Source: Octopus vulgaris (taxonomy: Eukaryota). From it: a DNA stretch of 64,000 bases. The translations under genes and the position numbers were made by a program. Positions 39,343-54,213 of this stretch are shown piece by piece. How positions within the stretch are numbered: the first letter of the stretch is position 1; every line of letters begins with the position of its first letter. The stretch lies in assembly GCA_951406725.2 (NCBI GenBank), contig OX597828.1, positions 76,508,001 to 76,572,000 on the forward strand, in the 5' to 3' direction. The notes under the pieces were generated by a model that was not told the DNA's origin, ran no database searches, and saw nothing but the letters and a program-made list of their open reading frames with translations.

Positions 39343-40744
39343 TATACACGTACATATATATACATATATACGAACATGAATATATATTTATTTGTGTGTG
39401 TGTGTTTGCGTGGGTATTTATTGTTTGGGTTTTAATTAGTCACAACTGGTCTATATTCTTCTGTATACCGTGAATCAACCATGAAGAAGTTACAAGAAGA
39501 ACAGACCTGCTAAAAAGAGAACTCATTCCATGCCATCTTGAATGATCAAAGAAATAGCGTTCTATATTGATAGGTGTGGTCATGACTGATTCACTGTTGA
39601 TCAATGCATATTTTCGATCTCGATCATAGCTAACGTCGGCCTAAATAACAACAGCATATATTTGAAAGGAAGCCACCGAAAGACGTAGGTTGTCGTAGTT
39701 TTGCTCCAGGGTATCTGTGATCCAGCCATTTATATGATCAGAAATGTTTCGGCCTGCTTTATTTTGCAGCCATAAGGTATCTATGGCTACATAACTCAAT
39801 ATTTATTTCTATTAAACATTTGTGATTTATGAGAAATCTGGTTGTAATTTCTAGCGGCCACATCTAATCCTGTCACACCCTGATATCATGATAATAGGAA
39901 GTGTCAGTAGCAAACATACTAATACAAGAGAGTCGTGGGAGGAACGCATTTTATAATAGAATCTGTATGACAATGACTGATGCGAAGTCTATCACCAACG
40001 ACCTGGATGCCTACCTAAAATTGTGTTAATTTTGTCTTTCTCAAAGTGTTTTGACATTTTTGAGATATGAATTCCTCAAAAAGAAAGTCAAAACAGAGAT
40101 CTGGAGTCCCCCAGTTTATAAGGTTAAGCTCAGTGGTACTTCCGATCCTGGAGCAGGATATTTTCTGTGAGACTAAATTTGATGTCAGTGTGTTGTTTTA
40201 CTCCTTCCTAGGTGCCGATTTTACCAATTCTGCCTGCCATTTCTTCTTTCTTACAGAAAAAAAACGTTTGTAACATTTGTATAAATATTTGCATGCTTGT
40301 ATCTGAATATTCAATCGCAAACTACATCTTAGCTTACTATCAGAGGCAAGAAAAGTGATCTCTTACATCGAGTATTCACAGATGGGAAGGCACCACCCAA
40401 GATCTTTTCTTTCAGGGACTCCAACACTACTGGGGGTAAACAGGAAGTTGTTCTTAAAACGGTGATCTGCCTTACAGCATTGTCAAAACTGCTAGACTTA
40501 TGAAAGGAACAGTTAGTGAGGTGTTCAACCGGACAGTTGTTTTTCTTCTCATACCACACAAAGAATATATCCTATTCAACTGATTTTCATTGATAAACGT
40601 CATCCATTGATTCTTGTTATTCTGCAGTCTTCTAGAAATTAGAGAAAAACCGTTTTAACTAGAAACTTTCGAAAATTTTCCGGTGGCGCTCATAATTGAA
40701 TTCTAAATATTATTTGAAGGAGCGAATTATATTGGTTTCGAAGA

Positions 40745-41300
40745 GAAGAAATCGATAGCATCGAACCCTGTGCTCAGTTGATGCTTATTTTATCGACCCC
40801 GAAAGGATGAAAGGCAAAATCGTCCACTGCGGAATTTGAACTCAAAACGTTAAGACGGACGAAACACCAATAGGTATTTTGCCCGGCTCGCTAACTATTC
40901 TGCCATCTCACCGATTTAAGCGAGCAAATAATATTGCTTTCGGAAATTGGCACAAGGCCAGCAATTTTAGGGGAGGGGTAAATCGATTGTATCAACGCTC
41001 TTACATAACTGGCGTTTATTTTATCGATTCTCAGCCTCAGCCTCAGCGGGTTTTGAAGTCAGAACGTGAAACCGGACGAAATAATGTTAAGTCATTTTTT
41101 CCGGCGTACTAACAATTCTGCCATCTCGCCGCTATAAAGGCGAAAATAATATCGCTTTCGAGTTTTGGTACAAGGCCAGCAATTTTGATAGAGGGGGGAA
41201 ACCGATTACGTTGATCCCAGTGCATAACTGGTACTTATTTTACGACCCGGAAATGAGGAAAGCAAAATTAACCCCGGCGGAATTTGAACACAGAAGGAAC
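40745..41300 (-). mobile_element. Three head-to-tail SINE family B copies
   Basis: Repeated ATTTTATCGACCCCGAAAGGATGAAAGGC-like cores and CTGCCATCTC(A/G)CCG...AAATAATAT(T/C)GCTTTCG junctions at ~215-bp spacing. Confidence 0.75.
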
Positions 41301-41739
41301 AAACAATATTGATATCTGATATGTACTGATATGTATTTAAACGGGTACATTTCATCGATACACCCAACGCGAAGTATGTACTTACTAAAGTATCTTCCAC
41401 AGCGGTAGATTGAGCTTCGATAATGCACTGCTAGCGATCTTTCGAAGTCACTCTTAATGTAAATTTGCTATAAAAATGTCTGCATATAAATATACTTATG
41501 TACACCTGTGTATTAATTAATTCACACACACACACACAAACTCACACTTACACACGCGCTCACGCACACACAAACAGGCAAACACATGCATATATGTGGT
41601 GAGTAGGAAAAAATATACATATACTTATAATGTAGGAAATGATATGTGCGCGTGTGCGTGTACGTAGAAAGATAATGTTGAAAATAATATACACGTGTTA
41701 CATATACATACATACATATATATATACATATATACATAC

Positions 41740-41834
<95 letters not shown>

Positions 41835-43851
41835 TATATGAATGTGTAGAAGAACATGGATGTTGGAAGAAACACACACATATGTCCCTACATATATATA
41901 TACGTTCATAGAAATTGCATACAAAACTTAAAAACAGATATAAACAGCTTAACATCTATAATAATATTCGTATATACACACAATTACGTAATTGTACAGA
42001 CATATCTATAATATTATATATATGAGCATACTGGCAATTTTGTAGTCACATAGACATTTATAATATTATACATACATAGGCACATTTGTGTAGTTGCACG
42101 AACACATCTCGAATATTTCCCATGAATAGACACACAGATGTGAAGTTTTGCTGGAACATACACATTTGTAATCATATACATAGCGGCAATCACATCCATA
42201 TACATTGTGTACGTACACACACAGGAATATAAAATAATGATTATAGTACTCCCATGTCCGATAGAAAACACTAATATACAACCCAACAATTTTGTTATGA
42301 TTTTGTATTTTGTCGTTGTTGCTTTCCGTTTTTCTTTTTCCTCGAAGACAAATGAGTATTGGTAGCCGAAAGCTCTCTGATATGAATTTTAAACATAACC
42401 TGTCATTTTACCCTAATTCAGAATACCAAAATTTTGTATTGAAAACAGTTTTTCTTCTTCCGATAATGGTTTTTCTATGGTGCTCTTTATATTTCGAATA
42501 TTTTCAGAGAATCTGGATAGAATGCGAATATGTACAGGACAATACAGTAAAATATTAGAGTCGCAACAAGCTGACAAAATCGCCAGAGAAGCCATGTGGC
42601 CAGTAGTAATGTGTCGTAGATATTGAAACCATTTCTACTGAGCATTAGAAGGAGGTAACTGGAAGCGTGGACTTTTTTCTGCCTTTGTTGTTGTACCATA
42701 ACAAAATAAGCGACATCTTTAAATGGCAATATATGTTCGGCTTGTTGGAAATGTATTAATAAATCTAATAAAATGATAGATATAATATAATACTGCATAA
42801 AATATACGTTCTAAGTGCAAATCCTGATGATGCCAACATTACCTTTCACCCTCCTTGGGGTCAATAAAACACATGCTAAGGACCGGTATCAATATATCGA
42901 AAATACTTCATCCAGAACTTTTGGTCTTCCTAAGTCTCAAATTACATTCACGGACCCATTGTAAATAGATGCAGATTCTCTTTTCTTTTCATCCTCTTGT
43001 TTTTAAAAGCCTTTATTTCAAACACTCATATGTCGAAATCGACGAAAGTGACCACCACATAACAGAGTGTGGCAAAGGAACTGAAAGATATAAAAGTCTG
43101 TGTGGTAGGAGATAGACAGAGACTGTAATGATAAACTCCATAGATTCGGTAGAAATGTAGAGTAATGTGTTGGGATTATAGAGATAAAGGCAGCCTGGTG
43201 GAATATTGTAAGTGTTATATAGTAGCGAAGTAAAAGAACCGGTAAAAGATAAAGCAGTGTGGTGAAAGAATTGCTTAAGCTGTAAGTTATTGCGATGAGA
43301 GGAGCGATAGAACATAAACGACTATAATGCTGGAATCGGAAAATAAGGCAGAGTGTGGCAGAATTAGAAGGTAAAATGCTGGTAGAATCGATTGACTTTT
43401 GCTACTTTATGTTCTCATATCCAGTCAAGGTCGATTTTGACATGCATCCTTCTGGGATCGATCAAATAAAATACCAGTAATGTACTGGGGTCTGTCATAT
43501 GATGATAAGGCGCGTGACTTATCATCCTATTTCAGGTTGCTCCCGTTGATCCAGCTGGCAAAAAAAGGCGAGCTTTTGTATATTCTGTGTCACGCTGAAT
43601 TTCCCTGAGATGGTCCCAGTTGATCCGATTAACGGAACAGACTGCTCACTGTGACACAGGGTATGACAACACTGGCCCTTTGAATAACAGGTACTACTCA
43701 TGTTCACTGGGTGAATGAACTGAAGCAACGTGAAATAAAGTGTCTTGCCCAAGGACACAAGATTTACCGGGAGTTGAACTCACAATCTTACGATCGTGAG
43801 CCGTATTACCTAACCACCGAGTCACGTGCTTTTGCAAAGAGAGCAATAAAA

Positions 43852-44040
43852 GCAATAACAAGGTGTGTATTTTAACGCTTGCGTCACAGAACGTGATTAT
43901 AAACGAGATCGGTGGCCTGTTTCTCTTGTGTCGGTCGTGTAAGGAACGGGTAGCGTTTTATTAAACTTGCTGTGGATTTACAAATAGAAATTCTCTTTGA
44001 TTTATGAAGTAGAAATATTTTAACGACATTCTGTAAAATG
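43852..44040 (+). promoter_or_regulatory. Duplicated promoter-like cassette, copy 2
   Basis: TGCGTCA, AACGTG and TATAAA, ending AAAATG-ATCG-GTAATC. Confidence 0.4.
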
Positions 44041-46630
44041 ATCGGTAATCTGAAGAGCACCAACCTTAGAATAGAATATAGTTTAAAATGGCAGAAATGA
44101 GCAGAAGTTGGACTCCGAGACGGTCAGGAAGTCAATAACTCCGAATTTGGACGGCGATGACCCGTCTAACACATACCGGCATGGACAAGTAGATGTAAAA
44201 TGTCGATGAGAATGATGTTGTTGTTGTTGTTGTTGAGGAGGAGGAGGAGGAAGAGGATAATGATTATGTACAACAGAGATTTAAACACTTAGGAATACAT
44301 CGTTGTTGTTAAAGCATGCATAGATATGCTCATGCGTGGGTAAACACGTGATTTGTTGTTGATTCAATGAACATGCGCACACAGATACACGACATGCCTT
44401 TTCCTACTCCACACTTCTCTTTCGCATCCCTCCTTCATTCTCTCTATTTCTTCCACAACCCACAACAACCTCCCCACATAAATCCAGTGTCTTACACTCA
44501 TGCATAAATCTATTGTCACACTCACGCATACATTACACATAGAACTAAATGCACAAGCGGCGGAAAGCAATGAGATTGTGCTATACAGGCTTAATGCAAA
44601 TTTATACAAGATTTTCACAGTACCTTCTGCTTGAATAATAAGTAGTTTTCATACAAGAATATTAATTCTGGATATATTCTGCTTAACTGATGAAATTTAG
44701 CAACTCAAGCTAATATTACGTAATGATTTTCACTTATTCCGGTTTAGGCAACAATAAATGTGAAGTAGCTGCTAAAAATTGCGCTCTATATTGGTGATAA
44801 ATAGTTTAGTGACGTTTGTAATGCATGCAAATTGAAAATAAATGTTTTGGGCAATTATAATTTTGTACAATCAATAAATTGCACTATTTACATCCCCAGT
44901 GGGTAAATGTCTGAAAATCGATTATAAATCAATTGGAAATATGGAGAATCGAAGCTGCGTAAACGAAAGAGACGTTAGTCGTCTAGAGCCTACAGCGAGT
45001 TCATCTTCGAAAGTAATATGTGAAGAAAGAAAAAATACGGGAATAAAATATCATGGAACTTCTATTGCTTAGGGTTTCACCCGAACTAGTGATAAAGCTA
45101 AGCCAAGCGTAGAGTATAGAGGGCTGTCATTGAAATCATTTTAAATCTGGTTGCAGGGAAATTTAGAGTCAACACATTCGAATTTAAAATACCCGAGAAT
45201 AATTTTAAATGAAAACGTGTGGCTTTGAACGAAAAGGTAGGTCCATCTTCGTCATTTATGCCCCTCCCCCCTCCCAAAAAAAACACGGGAAGAATATATG
45301 AAATATACATAGTAAAACATTGAACAGATGACTTGATGATATGTATTGCAGATGAAATATGTGTTTATCTGATATCAATATCGCCGTTCTTTGTAAAAAT
45401 ACGGTTGCCTGGCGAATTCACGAAATCTCAAATGTTTCAGAAATTGACCTATCAAGATTAGTTCAAGTGTGTTCGACTATCTCCTCTTAAACTGATGCAT
45501 CAACAGATGTGGGTTAAACAATGTTCTTTGTGGCTCAACAATTCTGTTGCAGAGATAGTTATTAACAAAGAGTTATTAATCTGCTAGACAATGGGTAAAA
45601 CATACAACAAGGAAACACTGCTAAAGTTACATTTAATTGACGTGTCCTGCGAGTATTTGGGCTGATGGACTTGCAGTAATAATAAAGAATATGTTATATT
45701 TTTATTTCATATGAATTAAAACATATGCAATGTCCACTGTTTCATTCGCCTTTAAAAACTACCAATAAAATGGTAATGTGGGTCTCAAAGTTTGGAACTA
45801 ACTGTAAATATTTTTCCAAATCTTGAAAGCGGCAAACTTTCAGAATTGTTAGCACGAAGGCCAATATGCTTAGTAGCCTTTCATCTGTCTTTACGATCTG
45901 ATTTCAAATTTCACCGAAGTCAACTTTGCCTTTTGTCTTTTCGGGGCCGACAGAATAAGTAGGGGTCGAGCAGTGGGTTTAATTTAATCGTTGTCTCCTC
46001 CCTTGAGCTTGTTCCAAAATTGGAAAGCAATATTATTGTAAAATCTCATTATTTTTATTTAATCAGGTTCATTAAATGGAATAAACTTTAATATTTATAT
46101 GAAACTATCCAGGCCCTGCATTCACATGTATCGTTATTCTGAACGGGACCGGTTATCGCATAGAACAAAGGAGGCGACATCTTCCTTTCTTCCTGTATTT
46201 CTTTCTTTCTTTCCTATCAAATCACATTAAGAAATTGGATTATTTGTATTTGGACATCTTTAAACTTTGAGCTATCCTTTCAGTGTTCCATGGTAAAAGT
46301 GGTAAAGTTTTCTGATAGAGTCTCCGATTTCAATCTTGTTTTCCATAGTAATAATAACAGATGTTGCAAAGTCGAAGGTCAAATAAATGCAGTTACATGT
46401 AAATTAAAACTATTTCGTATCTTGAAAATCTTAATAGATTCATTTTACTATCAATTAATAGGAATATTTTGCTTAAGTGGAAAGAGACAGGATTCAATTT
46501 CACAGCTTTTGTCGTGATACGATTAATCAACAAAAGAGACAGCAACAACAAAAACAATGACGACCACAGCGACAACAACAACAAAAGCAACAACAACAAG
46601 AACAACAGCAACAACAACAGCAACAACAAC

Positions 46631-46789
46631 GGGCTACACCTGCAAGTTCATGCGCTGTTTATCCTGATTTAAGGTCACCATGTCGGACGCATATGGTTGT
46701 GATGCATGTGCCTGGTAGTCAGGATGGGTGTACTGGGCTTCGTATAAATTACCCGTGTCATTTTGAAGGCATGCATTATTCACTCACTC
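46631..46789 (+). mobile_element. Diverged 3' fragment of the ~558-bp element
   Basis: CACCTGCAAG...CATATGGTTGTGATGCATGTGCCTGG...CACTCACTC(AAC/AAT)n. Confidence 0.7.
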
Positions 46790-46812
46790 AACAATAATAA
46801 TAACAACAACAA

Positions 46813-46867
<55 letters not shown>

Positions 46868-47425
46868 GAGTGAGAGAGCAGTGCATGCCATCAAAGTGAC
46901 CCTGGGGTAAATTATACAAAGCCCAGTATACCCATCATGACAACCCGTCTGATAAGGGTACACTAGGCACATGCATCACATCAACATGTGCGCGACATTG
47001 TGATCTCATATCAAGATAAACAGCACGTGACCTTGCAGGTGGGGCCCAGTTAGAATGTTCTTCAGGTCGAGTAGCCCACTCCGCACAAAAGGTCCCTGAA
47101 TAAGGATTGTTTAAGGATGTTGAACGAATCACCCATGTTTCCAAAGTGAATTATTCAAACCTCCAAGAATTCCTTTGAAGACACGGCTATGATGCTCCCC
47201 CACTACTTCTACTCGTGATCAGAGATGCACATATCGTCAGCCACTAAGGGAAATGCTCAACTGGTTACGGTCAAACAACAGACAAGCAAATCTGTGATAT
47301 TGAGCAGAATATTTGCCGTAGCCCATCATTTTATACCAAGACAAAACAATGTACATGATAATACTTCCAATCAGTTAAGATCAGAAGCCATGAGAGCCAT
47401 TGCCTGGTACTGCATCAGGGCATTT
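46868..47425 (-). mobile_element. ~558-bp (AAT)n-associated non-coding element, full length
   Basis: Colinear with 51822-52379 and 54214-54766. (ATT)n on both sides. Confidence 0.9.
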
Positions 47426-47429
47426 ATTA

Positions 47430-47461
<32 letters not shown>

Positions 47462-47463
47462 GA

Positions 47464-47581
<118 letters not shown>

Positions 47582-47675
47582 TAGTTTTAGTTTTATAGCG
47601 TGTTTTCACCTCACTACCGAGCGCAGCTCTGTGTGCCTTAGGTATGTGCTGTGATTTGTTGTGATGCTCTGATGG

Positions 47676-48491
47676 TTATTGTATGGAAAGTGTTCTGCGT
47701 AGGATGTGTGCAGTGCCTAGTAGTGCAATTTTCTGTATGTTATATGTGTTTGTAAGTCCTGGTGTTTTTGTTATGTATTTGTCTGAATATTTTATTATCA
47801 TGCCTAATGCACCTATTATGATAGGAATTCTTTCTGTTTTTAGATTCCACATTCTGGTTACCTCTATTTCCAGGTCTTTGTATTTTGAAAGTTTCTCCAT
47901 TTCTTTTAGAGACACGTTGTCATCTGCCGGTATTGATACATCAATTAGAAAGCATTTTTTTTCTTCGTGATCTCTGACAACTATATCTGGTCTGTTGGCC
48001 TTAATTTCTCTATCTGTGTGTATCGGCATATCCCAGAGTATGGTTGCTTTCTCGTTTTCTGTGACCTTTTCTGGTGTGTGCCTATACCATCTTTTTTCTG
48101 TTGTTATTCCATAATGTTGGCATAGCTTCCAGTGTATGTAGGTTCCAACTCTGTCATGTCTGTGAATATATTCCTTCTTAGCCAGGACTGGGCAGCCAGA
48201 GATAATATGATTTATTGTTTCTTGTCCATCTCCACATATTCTGCAGTTACTTGTTATATTTCTTTTCATTACATGTTTTTGGTAATTTCTGGTGGGGAGG
48301 CTTTGGTCTTGTGCTGCAATTAAAAATCCTTCTATCTCTGCTTTGAGTCTTGAGCTTCTCAACCATTGCTGGGATTTTTCTTTGTCTATTTCTTTTGCGT
48401 TTAGTTTAGTCCAGTATCTACCATGAAGGGGCTTTTCTTGCCATCGTTTTATCATGGTTCGTTGCTGTTCTATTTTTAGTTTGGATTTCAT
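47676..48491 (-). pseudogene. Dong CCHC + restriction-like endonuclease segment
   Basis: ORF track, 271 aa, with LIAAQDQ, CCHC, RHD and PD..D motifs. Confidence 0.9.
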
Positions 48492-48928
48492 TTGTTTTAT
48501 AGCTTTTGTTGTTTCTTCATCTTCTTCTTCTTCTTCTTCATATTTATTAGGCGGTATGATTTCTTGTTTGTATTAGTCAGCTTCCTTAAATACTGAGAAC
48601 AGTTTTTTGCTTTGCTCGTATTTTGCCGCTATCTGGATCAGTTTTCCTTCCTTCTGAAGTAGATAATTATGCAGTCCTATGGTGATTATTTTATAGTAGT
48701 TTTCCAGCTGTATAAGGCCTCTACCACCTTCTATACGTTGTATATATAGTCTTTCTATGTCAGATTTTGGGTGATGCATCCTAGATCCTGTCATTATTTT
48801 TCTTGTTTTCTTATCTATTTTGGTCAGTTCATTTAGTGTCCAGTTAAGAATATTGTAGCTGTAACTGATAACTGGAACAGCTAAAGTGTTAATACCTATT
48901 ATCTTGTTTTTAGCATTGAGCTCTGTTT

Positions 48929-49882
48929 TTAGTATTGATCTAACTCGTCTATAATATTCTTTTTTATTTTCTCTTTCATTTGTGTGTGTTGTGTCTTATC
49001 TAGTTCATGGATTCCTAAGTATTTGTAAGTTTGGCTTTGGTCTAATTCTTTTATTTCATTGGTTTTATCTAGTGTGATGTTGCTACTCTTAACTAGTTTT
49101 CCTCTTTTAAGGGTTACTTTGGCGCATTTTTCTAATCCAAATTTCATATCTATTTCTTTGGTAAATCCATGAACTGTCTTTAATAGTGTTTCCAGCTGTT
49201 TGTCATTTGCAGCGTATAGTTTTAGGTCATCCATGTATAAAAGGTGGCTGATCGTTTGGCCGTAACATTTATATCCGCATCCAGTTCTATTTAGCGTATC
49301 AGATAGAGGTGACAGTGCCAAGCAGAAAAGGAGTGGTGAGAGCGTGTCTCCCTGGAATATTCCTCTTCTGATGGGGATGGCTTTTGTTTGGAGTTGTAGC
49401 ACTGTTTGCCATTTATTCATAGAGTGCCCTATGAATTTTATAATTGTTGGTGCTACTTTGTTAATGGCTAGTGGTTCGAGGATCCATGTGTTGGGGATGC
49501 TATCAAACGCCTTTTTGTAGTCGATCCAGGCCATACTAAGGCCTTTCTTCTTTCTGTGGATATCTTCAGTTATGGCTTTATTAATCATTAGTTGATCTTT
49601 ACAGCCATATAAGGCTTTGCGGCATCCTTTCTGCTCTTCTGGGAACAGTTTGTTTTCGTCCAGGTGCTCGTTCAACCTTTGCGATATCACTGCAGTAAAT
49701 GCCTTGTACATTGTAGGGAGACAGGTTATTGGTCTGTAGTTTTCTGGTTTTGCTGTCTCATTTGATTTGGGAATTAAGATGGTTTTCCCCTTCGTGAGCC
49801 ATTCAGGCATTGTCTCTGGCTCTGCTAGTATGTTGTTAAAGTTTTCAGTCAGCTTTTTGTGCATTCTTGTTAGATATTTCAA
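48929..49882 (-). pseudogene. Dong RT domain segment
   Basis: ORF track, 317 aa with RT motifs. Separated from neighbouring segments by frameshifts. Confidence 0.9.
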
Positions 49883-51666
49883 CCAGAAGTTGGGGATCTT
49901 GTCATGCCCAGGTGCCTTCCAGTTGCTTAGTCTTTACAGTGCCTGGGTGATCTCTTCAGTTGTTATAGGGGTCCAAAGTTGTTCAGATGACGAGTTGTTA
50001 TTTTTTTTGGTTGTTCGTTCGCCGACCATATTTCTCTCCAGAATTCTTCCACTTCTTCTGCCGTTGGTGCTGCAGTGATTTCTATTTTATTTTTGCCAAG
50101 TTCTTGGTAGAACTTTTTGGGGTTGGAGTTGAACATTTTGTTTTGTTCAAAGCAGCGCTGGCGTTTCTCGTACCGGCGGATCCTTTGTGCTTTGACAATG
50201 ATATCTTGCTTCAGCTTTTTCTCTTATCTCGGGTAAATCTTTTTCTGTGATGTTATATTTGCGGAGTATTTTTGTTTTCTTTTTGTTGCTCAGTAGCGTT
50301 GATTGTCTACTGATTTCATTAAGAATCGACAGATCTTTTCTAATTTTTTTTATTTTGTTTTGGATGTTATTTATCCACAGGGTTTATTTGGGTGGTGGTA
50401 CTCCTGTTTGGATGGTTTGAGTGAGTATCCAGCTTCTTTTGTGGCTGCAGTAGCTGCTGCGTATACTAAGTCATTTAGCTCAGTGATATCGCTTTTTGTT
50501 TCAGTGGCAATTAGTTCCGTGACGGCTAGGTTTATGTTGTTTATAATTGGTGTTGTTGTTTCGTCTATTTTGATTTTTGGGAGGTATGGTCAAAATTTTG
50601 AGCTCTGTGGTTTTCAGTTCTTTGATTATTTTACTTTTTATATCATCATAATCATTAGGCTCCCCTTCGTTGTTTCCAGGTTTTAGATTTGTGACGCTTT
50701 CTTTCTTATTTATATGTTTGTTTGCCGTGTTTTGGCTTGCTGTTTGTCGTGTATTATTATGCATCCTTACGGTTAGGGTTTGTTGTTTTTTGTTTACATC
50801 GTGTTTGTTGGGAATGTTACGTTTGTCTTCGTGTTTTACTGTTTCAGTGTTTATATTATTGGGCATTGTTGTGTGGCTTCTATCTACATTTTCCTGGTTT
50901 ATTTTTTCTTTTAGATGTTCTATTTCTATTTCTGATATTTTTTTTGTGTTGAGAATGTATCTTCGTACGTTAGCTAATTTATTAGGGTTCATTGCTGTAT
51001 CCAAGTCTATATCTCTATTATTTTCCTTCCATATTTTATATGTATGTGTTGTTGTATTTTCATTTTTTGGGTAGAGTACTGCTGTGAAGTATGCGTGTAG
51101 GATAGAAATGTATTCCTCACGTGTCCATTTATGTCTTTTGGGTTTTATTTGCGGGACATGAGGAACAACGTCCGGCCCATTATTTTGACGGTCGTCATTT
51201 TCGTAGGGTACCGGTCCGTTCATTTCTGTTGTCACATTATTTCGCACGTGTAGTTTTTCGTACATTTTGTGTTGTAAGTTTAAAGTACGTACTTCCCGAT
51301 TGTTATTCTTGGGTTGAATAATATCGGTGGCATTTAATTTCGTAGTTCCTTTGTACATGGTGTTTGGGGCCGGAGATGATCTGGTGTTGATGAATCGTAA
51401 TGTATCAAGCATAGTTACATGTTGTGTTGTGTTAGAGGTGGAGATGATATCGAGTCAAAATACATCATTTCGTTTCGAAAATAGTAATAAATTTCAATTA
51501 GTATTACTTACTCGGATATAGTCCAATCCTTTGTTAGTAAATCTTTGGCTCCATACGATGTCCTTGTTTTCGATGTTTGTGGATAGATTTCGGAGGTCTG
51601 TTTTATCGTTCTTACATCTTAAACGTCCCCGGTGTTCACCTATTATTATTATTATTATTATTATTA

Positions 51667-51763
<97 letters not shown>

Positions 51764-51821
51764 GTTTTTCCTTCTTTCTTAAAGTTTTCTTCCGTTTCTC
51801 ATTATTATTATCATTATTATT

Positions 51822-52379
51822 GAGTGAGCGAACAGAGCATGCCATCAAAGTGACACTGGGGTAAAATATACGAAGCCCAGTATACCCATCATGACTACCC
51901 GTCTGATAAGGGTACACCAGGCACATGCATCACAACCATATGTGCGCGACATGGTGATCTCATATCAAGATAAACAGCACATGACCTTGCAGGTGGAGCC
52001 CAGTTAGAATTTTCTTCAGATCGAGTAACCCATCCCGCTCAAAAGGTCCCTGAATAAGGGTTGTTTAAGGACGTTGAACGAAACATCCATGTTTCCAGAG
52101 GTGAATTATTCAAACCCCAAAGAATCCTTCTCAACACATGGCTATGATGCTCCCCCACTACTTCTGCTCGTGATCAGAGATGCACATATCGTCAGCCACT
52201 AAGGGACATGCTCAACTGGTTAAGGTCGAACAACTGACAAGCAAATCTGTGGTATTGAGCAGAATATTTGCTGTAGCCCATCTTTTATACCAAGACAAAA
52301 CAATGTACATGATAACACTTCCAATCAGTTAAGATCAAAAGCCATGAGAGCCATTGCCTGGTACTGCATCAGGGCATTT
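51822..52379 (-). mobile_element. ~558-bp (AAT)n-associated non-coding element, full length
   Basis: Same termini as 46868-47425 (minus strand AAATGCCCTGATGC...CTCACTC-AAT). Confidence 0.9.
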
Positions 52380-52434
52380 ATTATCATTATTATTATCATT
52401 ATTATTATTGTTATTATTATTATCATTATTATTA

Positions 52435-52480
<46 letters not shown>

Positions 52481-53982
52481 CATTGTAGTTGTTGTTGTTA
52501 TTATTATTATTATTACTATTATTATTTTCTACTTTCGGTACAAGGTCTGAAATTTTTGGGGAGGGGCCCAGTTGATTAGATCAACCGTAGTATGCAACTG
52601 CTACTTATCTTATGGACCCCGAAAGGATAAAAGGCAAAGTCGACCTAGGCGGAATTTGAACTCAGAACGTAAAGACAGACGAAATATTATAGTTTCTGCT
52701 ATATGCACAAGGTCGACTTTCGCATTCAGGTTCTCGGGATCCATAGAATATATAGGAAACTGACTTACCTCTTCACCGAAAATTTCAGATTTTTATCAAG
52801 AATACAAAGGATTGCTATTGTTGTTGCCAATTTAAATCTTTTGAATTGCACAGGTTATGTGTCGTCAAGAAAAAAAAAAATAAAGAAGAAATGAGCTGAT
52901 TTCTTTATGTTTAAATTATGATTTATTTTTAAACCAGGCGGAAGCTTGTTAGTATTTGAGGCTTTGCAGCTGTTATAATAATATGTGCATTTTTTGTCGT
53001 CTTTTAAATTCAATTTCGTTTACACTTGAATGTCTTTGTTTTTACACATCCAATACTTTTAACTTCAGATCCAATTTATTAAAGGTAAAAATGCAATTTA
53101 GAAATGTAGATAAAATATAATTATGTACAAGTGAAAAATCCACTCACTCTGATCAGGTTCTAATTAAAGCAAAATATTTAAATATAAATGAAACGACGTC
53201 TATGAAAATTAAAATGAAAATAAAATGTTCTCTATTCCTTATCCTAAAATCATAATGATTTATGTTAGAGGAAGTTTAAGAATGTCATCGCTGAAATAAA
53301 TACCTGAGAAAATAACAGGACCATGTCGAGAGCCACATCCGTCTATGAAACACCATATTTGGGGCTAATTGTAAATCCACTTGATCAGGGCTGATCTGAG
53401 ATTAAATAACAAAAATAACGTATTCAGTACAGAAATCCTCGATAGCCAAAATCTGATTAAAACTAGGGAGGGTTGCTGGTGAAATGCCTTGAAAGGTTTT
53501 AGTCAGTCATTCAGCTGTGGTCATGCGCGGGCGCTACTTTTGATCTTGGATTCTGTTTTCCATTTTTTGCTTTCCATATTTTGTTTTTGTTTTTGTTTTT
53601 TTTTTTGCTCTGTGATTAACTTGAAGGAAACAACAAAAACACCATCGCAACTAAAACAAACCCCCAACATTCGTTCATGGTTTTCAAATATGTGTTATAA
53701 ATAAACTTTTCTTTATATGAATGTTCCAATTATTGCATCGCTTTCAGACATCTGTCCTGCCATCAATCCTAAAATAAAAACCCACAATAATGTAACAACA
53801 CAATATATTTACAACTGATTTACTATATTATCAACATTATTGTTATTATTAGCATTATTATTAATGATGAAATTCATTTTTCATTGTTGCGTGGTGGATA
53901 AACGCTCCGGGATTAGTCTAATCGGTTTTCATTAGCCTAATAAAATCGGACCTTGTGCCAAAAAAGGTTAAAAAGAAGTATT

Positions 53983-54077
53983 TCTTCTTCTTCTTCTTCT
54001 TCTTCTTCTTCTTCTTCTTCTTCTTCTTCTTCTTCTTCTTCTTCTTCTTCTTCTTCTTCTTCTTCTTCTTCTTCTTC

Positions 54078-54109
<32 letters not shown>

Positions 54110-54140
54110 CTTCTTCCTCCTCCTCTTCTTCTTCTTCTTC
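53983..54140. repeat. (TTC)n microsatellite
   Basis: Directly visible. Confidence 0.95.
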
Positions 54141-54213
54141 TCCCCTTCTCCTCCTTCTTCTTCTTTTTCTCTGCCTCTTCCTCCTCCTTTCTCTAATAGT
54201 GATAAGTTTCATT

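Noticed and set aside
40150-40560. Possible DNA transposase remnant (VWYEKKN...NCSF...AVRQI)
   Set aside because: Only a vague motif resemblance, and no termini found.
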